Source: Phoronis australis (Eukaryota > Animalia > Phoronida). From it: DNA of 64,000 nucleotides. The stretch is taken from contig NMRA01000009.1 of NCBI GenBank assembly GCA_002633005.1, forward strand, positions 163,138 to 227,137, written 5' to 3'. Shown here one piece after another: positions 45,501 through 55,793 of this stretch. Numbering within the stretch: position 1 is the stretch's first letter; each line of letters opens with the position of its first letter. A program made the position numbers and the translations under genes. The notes beneath the pieces are model-generated. The model was not told where the DNA came from. It saw only the letters and a list, made by a program, of their open reading frames with translations, and searched no databases.

Positions 45501-48500
45501 CCTTTTGGTTCGATCACGTTGGGAAAATTCTCCTTGGTTTCTCGGCAGGAGTTAAGTGATGCCCACTGGGCTGCTGACTGGGTATGTACCCAGTTGCGTA
45601 TACTCATCCTGCAACATCCGTAAGATACCGGGATAGCAGGTTCAGGCACAAAATGCAGAACGCTTGCTCCTATCTTTGCGAGTCTGTCTGCATTCTCATT
45701 GCCATCAATTCCCACATGGGCCCTGACCCAGCGTATATTGACGGTTCTTTCAATTGCAAGCTTGTTAAGCTCATTAATACAAGCATTAACACAACGAGAG
45801 TTGACCCTTAGTTTCTTTAGGGCTTTTATTGCTGCTTGGCTATCTGAAAAGATGATAATTGGCCGATTGCCAAGTTCAGTGTTATATTGTTGTGCCAATT
45901 GAGCAGCTCTATTAATTGCAGTGATCTCAGCCTGAAACACCGTGGCAAGATTGCCCAACGATACCCAGTTTTCTGCATCTGCAACAGGAAGGCTTGGAAA
46001 GTAGACCCCAGCACCTGTCTGGCCATTTTCCAGTTTAGAGCCGTCCGTATAACAAACCACCTCATTCTTGTGTTCTGCGGTAGGCCATCCATCGCCAATT
46101 TCCGTGAAGAAATTGTTTGTATGATTTAAAGTTGTGACCTGGACATCACTAGGCATGTTCCATAGCTGTAACTTATTTCACTTATTTAACGGTATGAGTC
46201 GGGTATATACCTTTTATCCAACGTTTTGTGAGTATTTCAAATGTGTTTCTCTGGCTTTTTTTTTGCACATCACTAGAAAATGCTGCATTGCTCTTTCTTC
46301 AACAGTGCTTCCCCCATTCTGATTATCAGTGTTGTCAGTACAAGAATACACTTAAGGGCCTTTCGCATTACACATTAGTACTGTGGACTAACATTCTTTT
46401 TCGACCACAAGATTTCAGGTCCAATGCGAAAGGTGATTTAGTACGGCACTAACCTTAGTATGCTCTAAAAGACCGGACTAGCGAACATACCAAAGTTAGT
46501 CTGCAATGTGAAAGGTTTGGTCCGTACGATTTTGCTTGAGCGTCTCAAATTATATCTGCTTTTCACGAAAGTGCAGAGTTCTTCCCGCCATTTCACACTC
46601 TCGATGTTGCTATTTCTGCCTAGTCACTGTTCACTGTACAGTTTTAAAGTTAAACATGTCTCAAAATGAGGAATGGCAATTGGTTGTTGGATCTGTATAG
46701 CATAGCAGCATCTCGTGTTTAGTACAATAAAGCTTTAAAGTTAAGATGGTGTAATGGTTAGTCCACTCTAGTGAGAAAGGTGACAATTTGGTATGGTGGG
46801 TAATCACTCATCTAAAATATGTTTAGTCCACTCTAGTGAGAAAGGTGACAATTTGGTATGGTGGGTAATCACTCATCTAAAATATGTTTAGTCCACTCTA
46901 GTGAGAAAGGTGACAATTTGGTATGGTGGGTAATCACTCATCTAAAATATGTTTAGTCCACTCTAGTGAGAAAGGTGACAATTTGGTATGGTGGGTAATC
47001 ACTCATCTAAAATATGTTTAGTCCACTCTAGTGAGAAAGGTGACAATTTGGTATGGTGGGTAATCACTCATCTAAAATATGTTTAGTCCACTCTAGTGAG
47101 AAAGGTGACAATTTGGTATGGTGGGTAATCACTCATCTAAAATATGTTTAGTCCACTCTAGTGAGAAAGGTGACAATTTGGTATGGTGGGTAATCACTCA
47201 TCTAAAATATGTTTAGTCCACTCTAGTGAGAAAGGTGACAATTTGGTATGGTGGGTAATCACTCATCTAAAATATGTTTAGTCCACTCTAGTGAGAAAGG
47301 TGACAATTTGGTATGGTGGGTAATCACTCATCTAAAATATGTTTAGTCCACTCTAGTGAGAAAGGTGACAATTTGGTATGGTGGGTAATCACTCATCTAA
47401 AATATGTTTAGTCCACTCTAGTGAGAAAGGTGACAATTTGGTATGGTGGGTAATCACTCATCTAAAATATGTTTAGTCCACTCTAGTGAGAAAGGTGACA
47501 ATTTGGTATGGTGGGTAATCACTCATCTAAAATATGGTTAGTCCACTCTAGTGAGAAAGGTGACAATTTGGTATGGTGGGTAATCACTCATCTAAAATAT
47601 GTTCCAACCGCGAACTAGTACAGACTAAGTCTAATGTGAAAGCAGCTTAAGGTAATATGTTATCTATACACAGCTTAAGGTAATGTGTTATCTATACACA
47701 ACTTTAACTCTTTTTTTAGTATTAAAATCACTTTAGAGTTTGTGTGATTTATAACTGGTCATGGTACAACATGCAACTATACTTTCCAGACACATATGAA
47801 GACTGTGTACAGAGTTCTGCTGTGCTCTGAAGAAGACCTTTCTCAAACAATATCCAATCTGGCTGATGGATGGAACTTTGAACAGGTCAGTGTTATAGTC
47901 ATGATACGTACTTCTGAATGAGATGTGCCACTAGTTGAAGAACTTTCTCAAACAATATCTAATCTGACTGATGGATGGAACTTTGAACAGGTCAGTGTTA
48001 TAGTCATGATACGTCCTTCTGAATGAGATATGGCACTAGTCACATGGCACAAAGTCGCAGCTTACAAGACTCGAACCATAAACACCCAGCCATGAAGCAA
48101 TATGACCTCTTCGCACTTTTCACATTCAGATCTTTGGCTTTAATTCACTTTAAGTTGCACTCGGCTATTGACCTAATTCACGCGGCAGACATTAAAATCT
48201 AAAGCAAGGCTCACTGCGATAAAAAAAGCAGAAGTTGACATTGCTTGAGTTTAATGGCCGGTCTTTCGAGTCCAACCTGGATATTAAATCTTAAAAGTGT
48301 GTCGATAATTAACCACAGAGACGTAGAAAAATAGGTTAGATAACATGTAAATGCACCAACGAGTTGTCTATTGTTTTCAGAAAACTAGGTTCGAAACATG
48401 AAAAGCAAATATGACCAAATTGCTGCTATCTTAGTGTTACAGATTAGGTATTATGCTTAATGCAGGATTACATTTCATCTCGTAAATTGTTGATAAAAAT

Positions 48501-51500
48501 GCTTTCTACATGAACCAGGTCATCTGCTCGTATTGCTGACGAGTTGAAGATATATTCGACAGTGGTGGCTCATCGCATTTTGTTGTCATGTGCAATTAGT
48601 CAAATCTGGTTCAGTGATCAAGAATATTAACATCAAGCATAGCCTAGGTCTTGGTGAGGTAGTGACAACTGGGACTAACAGTTGATTTGTCATTGATTTG
48701 AAAGAATAATTGATGTTATTAAATATATTTTTTTATTGAAATAAAAAACCAGGCTCGTAATTGCAAATAATAATTATTTGACCATCAATTCTGCTTTCTT
48801 GGTTTTAATAATTCTTACGTGTATTCCGTGTTAGGTTTCAAATATGAATCTGAACCAAGTTGAATTTTAAAATTAAAACACCTAATTCGTTCGTCCAAAG
48901 CATAACCTCATTTTAGAGCTCAATTTCTGTTAACTAGACAGAGCAAGCGTAGTTATCATGTTTCTTCAGGGGCCTCGTTCATCCGAGGGGAAAGGTGCCC
49001 AGTGTGCCTTCTCAGAGGGGAATTTTTCGCCAAGTGAGAGGAAAAATCTACCTCCCGATCACCATCAATAGCATCCTCGCCCTGTTGCAAGCTCATATAG
49101 GCTCTATCTCAAGTAGCATTTTGTGCTCTTTCAAATTGTTACTTGTCTGGTTATAGGTGATGTGAACTTCGGAGAGAAATTTTCAATCACTAGGGAATTT
49201 TTAGGCCTTGTGGGGAGAATATCACATTTTTCAATATTTTTGAGAGGGAAATAGTAACAATATTCGGCCCTAAAATCGAGGGATTGAGAGCCTTGTCCTT
49301 TTTGAAAAGAAAAATGCATCATGTTTCAACCCAAAGTCATGAAAACACAGCCTGGCTGGCCGAAAATTGTCCGGTCGTTGCTGTGATGCTCGGCAACCAA
49401 GATGCGACAAAGTATGATTTAACTATTTGAAAACATTTATAAATTTTACGCTGACATATTTTCCTTTGTTGCGGCGTATGGCCAACGCTTCCGAATCTCA
49501 ACGTCCTTAGGGATTGTAAAACAGACAGTTGAGTGTTCGTATTTTTTCTAGCCCTTTGAGCGACGCGGAATACAACTATGCCAATAAGTCAACAAAGCTA
49601 TCGTAGCGAGCCTTGTTTAAGAATGCGCCTCCTGTCTATAATCAAGTGAAGCCAAAGTCACCAACTTTAAATTCAGTTAATCAGGAGGAATCTTCTCATT
49701 GAATCAACCACTTGAGTTCATTTGGTTTGCAGTGTTCCTATGTACAATTAAGTGTCTACTGCCCTTATCACATGAACCCATTGCAGGATCTTAATGAGAT
49801 TTGACAGGTGTGTTCTTTTCAAGCTGACCAGGAGTGACAACGAGATTCAGGCCAATTTGACAACTATTGTGGGGCCTCTTAGTGGCATTTTTGCATCTGC
49901 GGCTATATACTTAAACCCCTATTTGTAAAATTTGGCTAGTTTGTTCCTATGAACTTAAGAACAAATGATGACTTCTCTCAGACGGATCTGACTATCAATG
50001 TGCATTTTAATGACAATTTGATTTTTTAGCGTTTACATCTCTGTCTTTGGAGTTCATTGATAGATTGTTATGAAATTTATCAAATAATTCTCAGACACCC
50101 TCTGATCCTCCCATTTTCAGACGAGTTTGTCATGTTCTGTGCCATCAAGTGGCCATTTTATGAAACTAATAAACTCCACTTGTGCTGTAGTTCTGGTTGC
50201 ATTTCAACACTAATTTTACCCAGGATATGTATACTCCACTCAGAATTGTGGGTTCCATAATGCCTACCTCTTAGCCGTGCTTGTTAGATGTGTTGTTGGT
50301 TTGTTTAATGGGTGTCTGAACTTAAGATCCCAAGTTTTGAGACTTAATTCGCACCTGAAGGTGGCGCTAATTGCTGGCGTTAATGTGGCTTGTATGTGTG
50401 AAATCCTTGAAAATATCATGAAACATTTGAGCTTCAGTCTTACTTGTCATACTTTACTTCAGTCTTACTTGTCATACTTTACTTCAGTCTTACTTGTCAT
50501 ACTTTACTTCAGTCTTACTTGTCATCCTTTACTTCAGTCTTACTTGTCATACTTTACTTCAGTCTTACTTGTCATACTTTACTTCAGTCTTACTTGTCAT
50601 ACTGTACTTCAGTCTTACTTGTCATACTTTACTTCAGTCTTACTTGTCATCCTTTACTTCAGTCTTACTTGTATCATATTTTACTTTGTTACAACTCTGT
50701 GTAAGGAAAATTAAAATTTTAGATCATAAAGCCCACGCACAACGGATAAAATATCATTTTTAACACACATAATTCATGTATTGTAGGTCATCGTCAGCTT
50801 GTTGTTTTTTATTATACTCTACATGTTAATTAACTACTACATTTACTATGAGTCCTCTTATCATGAGCCACATTTAATGCCAGAGGTGGTGTTTGCATGA
50901 ACCAAAGCTCATGACATCATCAATACCAACACCTGTCAGTCGGCAACAAGCATCTGAGGTGAAATTCTTTGGCGTTAACTAGCTAGTGATTGCAAGTGAT
51001 AAATTTTGATTTTGTGAAAATTGGAGCTTTACTTCAGGCTGAGCTTTCTTTTGAACAATATTAACTGCACTCCACATATCACTTTGTTTTGAACAATGTA
51101 ACTGCACTCCACATATCACTTTGTTTTGAACAATGTAACTGCACTCCACATATCACTTCCTTTTGAACATTGTAGCTGCACTCCATATATGGCTTTGTTT
51201 TGCATTTTTTCTTAACTTGGCCAAGTTCCACCTGACCTCGTCCCATTCAGTATTAATGGGACGGATGCCCTGAATTCTGAGGTTTTCTAAATTTCCTTGA
51301 ATTATTAGTAGCACAAAGTGTTAAAATGCTACAGATCTTATAGTTTCATCTTTGAGGTTTGTCACCAATCTGTTCTTGCTGTGACCACAAACTTATTCTG
51401 CTCATGACATTACAACTAACTAAGAGGATCCCGGGACAACCAGAACATGAAAGTGCACCCTGTTACCAATAACGTTACTGCAGCCTTTCAACATGCGGCC

Positions 51501-54500
51501 TTTCAGCATTTAATCTTCATTAGTCTGTAAGTTTTAACTTTGGCTAGTGTTGTGATGTTTTCAATTTGGATTTAAGAACTAGAAACATGATATAGTGCGA
51601 AACACACACTCTATGTTCCCAGGCTGGTGTTGACTGGATTCTCAGCTGTGATGAAGTGAGGTTAAATTTGTTGTATTCATTGTCTTTATATCCATTGATG
51701 CTGATTGGTCGGGAAAATATCTGGGGAACCTGAAAGGGCCACAGATTTGGGTAGAAGTAAAATTCCCTGTAATTGTTTAGTGGAAGAAGAAAGTAGAATA
51801 CAACAATTTGCTGTTCAAAAATACATGCATTTAAAGTGTCGAGTTGGCTCTTTTTCTCTTGTGTGTCGGCTTCACCACCGGTCTCTTCATCTTCCTCGGG
51901 TGATTGTCTCATTAAAGATCTACTTGCCTTCATAGTTTCATCTTCTTCATACATGTAGTCAGTCTTACGTTATGTTTTTATTTTCATTTCAGCTGATTAA
52001 CATTGGCTCTTCGTACAACTATGGCAGTGAAGATGGTGGTGAATACCTGTGTGTAGTTTCTAAAGAATGCCCAGATGTGGTTAATGGTTGTCATTCTGTG
52101 CCCACTGACAAGGCAAAGGTGAGAATTATTGTTAGTACTTACCAAACTTTCTATATCAATTGTTAATTCTGTTATTATTGTTTGAGGCACTGTATGTCTC
52201 AAAATCGTAAGTGTGGAGGTTTTTAGAACACACTTCTCCTTTCTTGGTAGATATGGTATCATCTTGTTGTGTCTGCTAGTTTATATACCTGTAGTATAGT
52301 GTAATAGGACTGTTCAGGATTACACAGTAACACTCGAATCTCGATGTATTTACCCACAGTGCCGTAAACATCCGTAAGGCATATTTGCTGCCTCATTTTC
52401 GTGACATTGCTGTTTCACATGTTTTTTGTTATCTGATTCTACATGATTTTCTCGGTTGCTTTACTCTATTCATCATTCCAATGTATTACTGATGTTCTGT
52501 GGACTGCAACTCTGATGTGAGAAAGTTTGATAAACTAAACAAATACCCGTGGATGCATGATGAGAAATTCTTTTACTCCCCGACATCAATGTGGGGCACG
52601 AAAATAAGCCTGATCTCCAAAATGAGGTCACGCGCTTTCTTATCTCTTGGACAAAGGAGAGTTCTATGACCGTGTTATCCGGGACGGTCCGATTCACTCG
52701 CAAATGTTGTTGGTTTAGATTACAGGGCTGTCGCTCACCTGAAGGGATATTACAGGGCCGTCCCTCATCTTAGGGAATATTACAGGGTCGTCGCTCACAT
52801 GAGGGGATGTTACAGGGCTGTGGGTCACCTGAGGGAATATTACAGGGTCTTCGGTCACCTGAGGGAATATTACAGGGCCGTCGGTCACCTGAGGGGATAT
52901 TACAGGGCTGTCAGTCACCTGATAGGATGTTACAGGGTTGTCGGTCACCTGAGGGGATATTACAGCGCTGTCGGTCACCTGAGGGGATATTACAGGGCCG
53001 TCGATCACCTGAAGGAATATTACAGAGCCGTTGCTCTCCTGGGGGGATTGATGCTTGTGCCTACTGAGAGGGCCCGGAATTATTCCATTTTAGAGATTTT
53101 GTATCCCTGAGTGACATCATCCTTGTCATTCAAGTTTTTGCCTTTGCAATCAGTTCAACTAAGCATGTGTTCCAGAGATGCAAAAATTTTGCGAAAATGC
53201 AAAACAGACTTAGCGTGTATTGCAAACGAAGCTCATGAGCACACTAAGATTACTGATGAAATTCTTGCGTCTACGGAAGACAAACCAACTATATCATCAT
53301 CGTTGTGACCAGCGTTACATCACTGTCTACATCATCGTACATGTCAGTATTGTGACCAGCATTACATCACTGTGTCCGTCATCATGCATGTCAGTATTGT
53401 GACCAGCATTACATCACTGTCTACATCATCATACATGTATGTATTGTGAAAAGCGTTACATCACTGTCTGCATCATCGTACATGTCAGTATTGTGACCAG
53501 CATTACGTCACTGTCTACATCATCATACATGTCAGCATTGTGACCAGCGTTACATCACTGTCTGCATCATCGTACATGTCAGTATTGTGACCAGCGTTAC
53601 ATCACTGTGTACGTCATCATGCATGTAAGTCTTGATGACAGTAGGTAGGCCTACCATAACCCAGTGTTACTGCCTAAGTAATAGAATACCTATAGCAGTG
53701 AGGCTCATAATTACTTCACTGCATTACTGTGGTGAATCTTAGTTATCCAAAGCAACAGCATAACGAGTTTCTGTTGATTATGCAATCAAAAAAAATGTAA
53801 TCATTCATAACGAGTTTCTGTTGATTATGCAATCAAAAAGGAAATGTATTCATTCGATGAGTGCATAATAAAGGCAGTATCCGTGGTGTTTGTTATAACA
53901 TAACAGATTGTTTTACGTTGGGTACCTGAAACCAAATATTTACCTGTTGATGGTTTGTAACAGACCGCAGCAGGTCCATTACTTCAGCACTCTCACATGT
54001 CTACTTTCGCTGTTTTCAACATCAAAAAGGCTGCTAACTATTGGATGTTATAGGATAAAACAAGCGTCTCGCATTACACATTTTTGGACATTTCATTAGC
54101 AATGTGAGTGTATCAATAGAGGTGTGTTTTTGTAACCATCTTCACTGGAAGGACTCAAAGTCAGTATTTCATCAATAAACCAATTCATTATGAGTTATAC
54201 CATTTCCTCCCTAATAACCACCCACAACATAATGAGCACACGCCCATCACTTTGTAAGACATAGCACCTTTCTTTGATTTCCCTTTGCTCTTTAATAATT
54301 GTAACTGTCCCCTGCCATGTGTTAGCATGAGGCAGGTGGCATGGTAGTCACAATTGTATGTTAACTATGTTGTGCACTTGTGTTATTAGTGTGATATCTC
54401 AAGAAGGAATCTTTGTAATTATTTTGTTCATATTATGCACCTAACTGTAGGTGAGACATTTCCAGTCTCCAATCGACTTGGTGACCTTGACATCAATGTC

Positions 54501-55793
54501 ATTGTAAAAGAAATTTGAAATTTTCACTTGGAAAATGTGTGCACAATAACACGATATGGAATATTTAGATTATGTTTGTATTATGTGTTGTATCTGGGGA
54601 ATTTTGTAACACCAGTCAAATTTGGGGTCTTTGAGATCATTTTCAAAGCATAATTTTCTCATTTGAAAAAGTTTGAAAATTGTTTTTCTGTGATTATTTT
54701 AGATATGTCAGAAATAAAATGTTGCTAATATTGTCACTGTAGTCATCAAAATTCATACATCCCGAGGCAGCATAGAACAATTTAGTCACTCTTTGAAAAA
54801 TGCTCGTATGAGGAAGTTGTGCACAATATCATTAACGTGTATGCACTAAACCTGGTTACAGGTATCAGTGTGCATGCTTTGGGCAATTTGCACTAAATAA
54901 TGTAAAGCCGTTTGGAATGGCTGCTGAATTGACTCTACGAATTTGTGATTTGTCTTGAGAGCAGTAGCAAGGGCATCCTTGAATTAAATTTCCTTCGGTC
55001 ACAGTGGGCTTAGTTTGTTGAGCTTGACATTGTGTTGGTCACAGTGGGCTAGTCACAGTAGGCTAGTCACAGTGGGCTAGTCAAAGTGGGCTAGTCATAG
55101 CGGGCTAGTCACAGTGGGCTAGTCACAGTGGGCTAGTCATAGCGGGCTAATCACAGCGGGCTAGTCATAGCGAGCTAGTCACAGTGGGCTAGTCACAGTG
55201 GGCTAGTCATAGCGTGCTAGTCACAGCGGTATAGTCGCAGCGGGCTAGTCACAGCGATATAGTCGCAGCGAGCTAGTCGCAGCGGGCTAGTCGCAGCGGG
55301 CTAGTCGCCATGGGCTTACCATGTTGAGCTTGACAATGTGGAAACTTCAGCTGTTGGAAATGAAGACTTGTGAAGATTTCAATTAAATCTTGAGGTCTTC
55401 ATTTTGACACTGGAGTTGATGATATAAGTAGGTGTTGATAGCAAACTTAGACTGTACGCTTTAAATATAACAGACTGTAGGAACACATTTCATAAGTTTC
55501 ATATTAGATTGATCACGTGTTACAGCGATCTTGTCAAACTGCATCATTATTACAAACAAACAACAGCATTTGTGTATGCATAATACATTTATGATCATCA
55601 ATAATTTGAGAAGTCTATAATTTCCTTGGTTTCCAATTGCTTTAGAGAAGTGTGGTCCTGTTTGTTAACATTCATTCTACTATGTTTCTGTTATATTGTA
55701 ACTCGTCTGGATGTACATATTAGCAACACCACATGTTAACAACACATTCCTTTGTTTCTCTAGGTGCTGAAGCTGCAAGGCTCCAGAATGTGA
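27384..55793 (+). CDS. KCTD5: BTB/POZ domain protein KCTD5-like (KCTD2/5/17 family), complete; join(27384..27572,40495..40603,42713..42804,47790..47885,51993..52118,55764..55793), 213 aa
   Basis: T1-type BTB motifs [54 protein letters not shown] and [11 protein letters not shown]; C-terminal [31 protein letters not shown] and terminal GSRM*. All introns GT-AG; 642 nt in frame. Confidence 0.95.
29939..31428 (+). mobile_element. THAP-bearing non-autonomous DNA transposon (ISL2EU/PIF-Harbinger-like), ~1.5 kb
   Basis: Perfect TIRs AGCGGATTTGCAGCG / CGCTGCAAATCCGCT with AT on both sides; contains a frameshifted THAP domain. Confidence 0.78.
30045..30290 (+). pseudogene. Frameshifted THAP zinc-finger remnant of a transposase
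   Basis: [30 protein letters not shown], frameshift, [19 protein letters not shown]..., stop, then ATIFP resembling the THAP AVPTIF box. Confidence 0.72.
31696..32569 (+). mobile_element. Crypton/tyrosine-recombinase-type non-autonomous element with 5' long hairpin, internal complementary region and tRNA-like segment
   Basis: 172-bp hairpin at 31696-31867; ATAA at both termini; internal 31849-31873 is the reverse complement of the right end joined to the left end; second copy at 1-464. Confidence 0.7.
32411..32480 (+). pseudogene. tRNA-derived segment (Pol III A/B boxes)
   Basis: A box TGGTGTAGTGG (32417-32427), consensus B box GGTTCGAATCC (32460-32470); stems imperfect. Confidence 0.65.
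34649..35118 (+). mobile_element. hAT-like MITE, 470 bp (inverted copy at 40782-41251), inserted in an older repeat spanning ~34200-35350
   Basis: TIRs CAGGCCTTTATGCAG / CTGCATTAAGGCCTG; decayed 8-bp flanks ccgatagc/acaatagt. Confidence 0.8.
35738..38158. mobile_element. pogo/Tc1-like non-autonomous DNA transposon, 2.4 kb, TA TSD
   Basis: 24-bp TIRs CTGTAATCGTTCGGGTTAACGCCC / GGGCGTTAACCCGAACGATTACGG (1 mismatch); TA on both sides; multiple TTAA(G/C)CGCCC motifs; no transposase ORF. Confidence 0.88.
39291..39520. repeat. Minisatellite, 16-bp unit (ccattgattctatacg), ~14 copies
   Basis: Directly visible. Confidence 0.92.
40495..40603 (+). CDS. KCTD5: KCTD5 coding exon 2
   Basis: [36 protein letters not shown]; ttgtag acceptor, GTAAGT donor. 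Confidence 0.95.
40782..41251 (-). mobile_element. hAT-like MITE, reverse-oriented copy of 34649-35118
   Basis: TIRs CAGGCCTTTATGCAG / CTGGATAAAGGCCTG; body is the reverse complement of the 34649 copy. Confidence 0.8.
42020..42481. repeat. Minisatellite, 51-bp unit, ~9 copies
   Basis: ttgttgtaatgtgacaagtcctgctttactactatgaatcttatgttgctc repeated. Confidence 0.93.
42713..42804 (+). CDS. KCTD5: KCTD5 coding exon 3
   Basis: [31 protein letters not shown]; ttttag acceptor, GTGAGT donor. Confidence 0.94.
43142..43365. repeat. Minisatellite, 32-bp unit (atgaccactaagggccagcacagacagagagc), 7 copies
   Basis: Directly visible. Confidence 0.93.
44327..44757. repeat. Minisatellite, 33-bp unit (gtggttggggagatgattgactgtcacattttg), ~13 copies
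   Basis: Directly visible. Confidence 0.93.
44839..44934. repeat. Minisatellite, 13-bp unit (ttctgtgttcaag), ~7 copies
   Basis: Directly visible. Confidence 0.9.
45064..46159 (-). mobile_element. 5'-truncated non-LTR retrotransposon (RNase H-containing, I/Loa/R1-like group) with 12-bp TSD
   Basis: CCATAGCTGTAA at 45052-45063 and 46160-46171; contains an RNase H + CCHC ORF and short 3' UTR. Confidence 0.9.
45182..46156 (-). CDS. Retrotransposon ORF2 C-terminus: RNase HI domain plus CCHC zinc knuckle (324 aa, uninterrupted)
   Basis: [28 protein letters not shown] and [21 protein letters not shown] supply the D-E-D-H-D catalytic set; LTGH...[18 protein letters not shown] is the zinc knuckle. 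Confidence 0.88.
   Translation of the reverse strand: MPSDVQVTTLNHTNNFFTEIGDGWPTAEHKNEVVCYTDGSKLENGQTGAGVYFPSLPVADAENWVSLGNLATVFQAEITAINRAAQLAQQYNTELGNRPIIIFSDSQAAIKALKKLRVNSRCVNACINELNKLAIERTVNIRWVRAHVGIDGNENADRLAKIGASVLHFVPEPAIPVSYGCCRMSIRNWVHTQSAAQWASLNSCRETKENFPNVIEPKGSKSLLSLDRLGIRHVIQILTGHCNLARHRHITGHMRSPVCPECGTDVESPKHLVESCPAFYRLRSNLLDGIVTCLQHIVHGNKWKRLSVFLKETGRLENFLHEEP
46355..47647. mobile_element. PIF/Harbinger-like MITE carrying the 65-bp tandem array
   Basis: Degenerate TIRs agggcctttcgcattacacattagtactgt / acagactaagtctaatgtgaaagcagct; TTA and TAA flanks. Confidence 0.55.
46758..47602. repeat. Minisatellite, 65-bp unit, 13 near-identical copies
   Basis: ttagtccactctagtgagaaaggtgacaatttggtatggtgggtaatcactcatctaaaatatgt x13. 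Confidence 0.95.
47790..47885 (+). CDS. KCTD5: KCTD5 coding exon 4
   Basis: [32 protein letters not shown]; ttccag acceptor, GTCAGT donor. Confidence 0.92.
47936..48040 (+). repeat. Tandem duplication of the 3' half of KCTD5 exon 4 plus its donor site
   Basis: Copy of ~47828-47935 including GAACAG|GTCAGT at 47990. Confidence 0.9.
48967..49295 (+). mobile_element. hAT-like MITE related to 12747-13041
   Basis: Shared body (atccgaggggaaaggtgc..., ctacctcccgatcac); ends CAGGGGCCTC / GAGAGCCTTG; flanks TTCTT/TCCTT. Confidence 0.6.
49780..50210 (+). mobile_element. Decayed HINE family A fragment
   Basis: Similar to 20680-20900 (caggatcttaatgagatttgacag..., agtggccattttat). Confidence 0.5.
50433..50672. 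repeat. Minisatellite, 25-bp unit (ttcagtcttacttgtcatactttac), ~10 copies
   Basis: Directly visible. Confidence 0.92.
51049..51200. repeat. ~37-bp tandem repeat, ~4 copies
   Basis: tttgaacaatgtaactgcactccacatatcactttgt repeated. Confidence 0.85.
51993..52118 (+). CDS. KCTD5: KCTD5 coding exon 5
   Basis: [42 protein letters not shown]; tttcag acceptor, GTGAGA donor. Confidence 0.93.
52716..53040. repeat. Minisatellite, 30-bp unit (cacctgaggggatattacagggccgtcggt), ~10 copies
   Basis: Directly visible. Confidence 0.9.
53303..53630. repeat. Minisatellite, 47-bp unit, 7 copies
   Basis: ttgtgaccagcgttacatcactgtctacatcatcgtacatgtcagta repeated. Confidence 0.9.
55038..55316. repeat. Minisatellite, 14-bp unit (gtcacagtgggcta), ~19 copies
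   Basis: Directly visible. Confidence 0.9.
55764..55793 (+). CDS. KCTD5: KCTD5 last coding exon
   Basis: [12 protein letters not shown] after a pyrimidine-rich ctctag acceptor; matches the family's conserved GSRM C-terminus. Confidence 0.88.
   Translation: MLKLQGSRM

Noticed and set aside
46758-47602. CRISPR-like 65-bp periodicity
   Set aside because: The whole period is identical between units, so there are no variable spacers
48130-49660. Possible large TIR element (caaggctcactgcgat / atcgtagcgagccttg)
   Set aside because: Inverted match is short and degenerate; ends and TSD could not be defined
51544-51954. 136-aa minus-strand ORF with an acidic N-terminus
   Set aside because: Antisense to a pyrimidine-rich KCTD5 intron end; no domain or splice evidence
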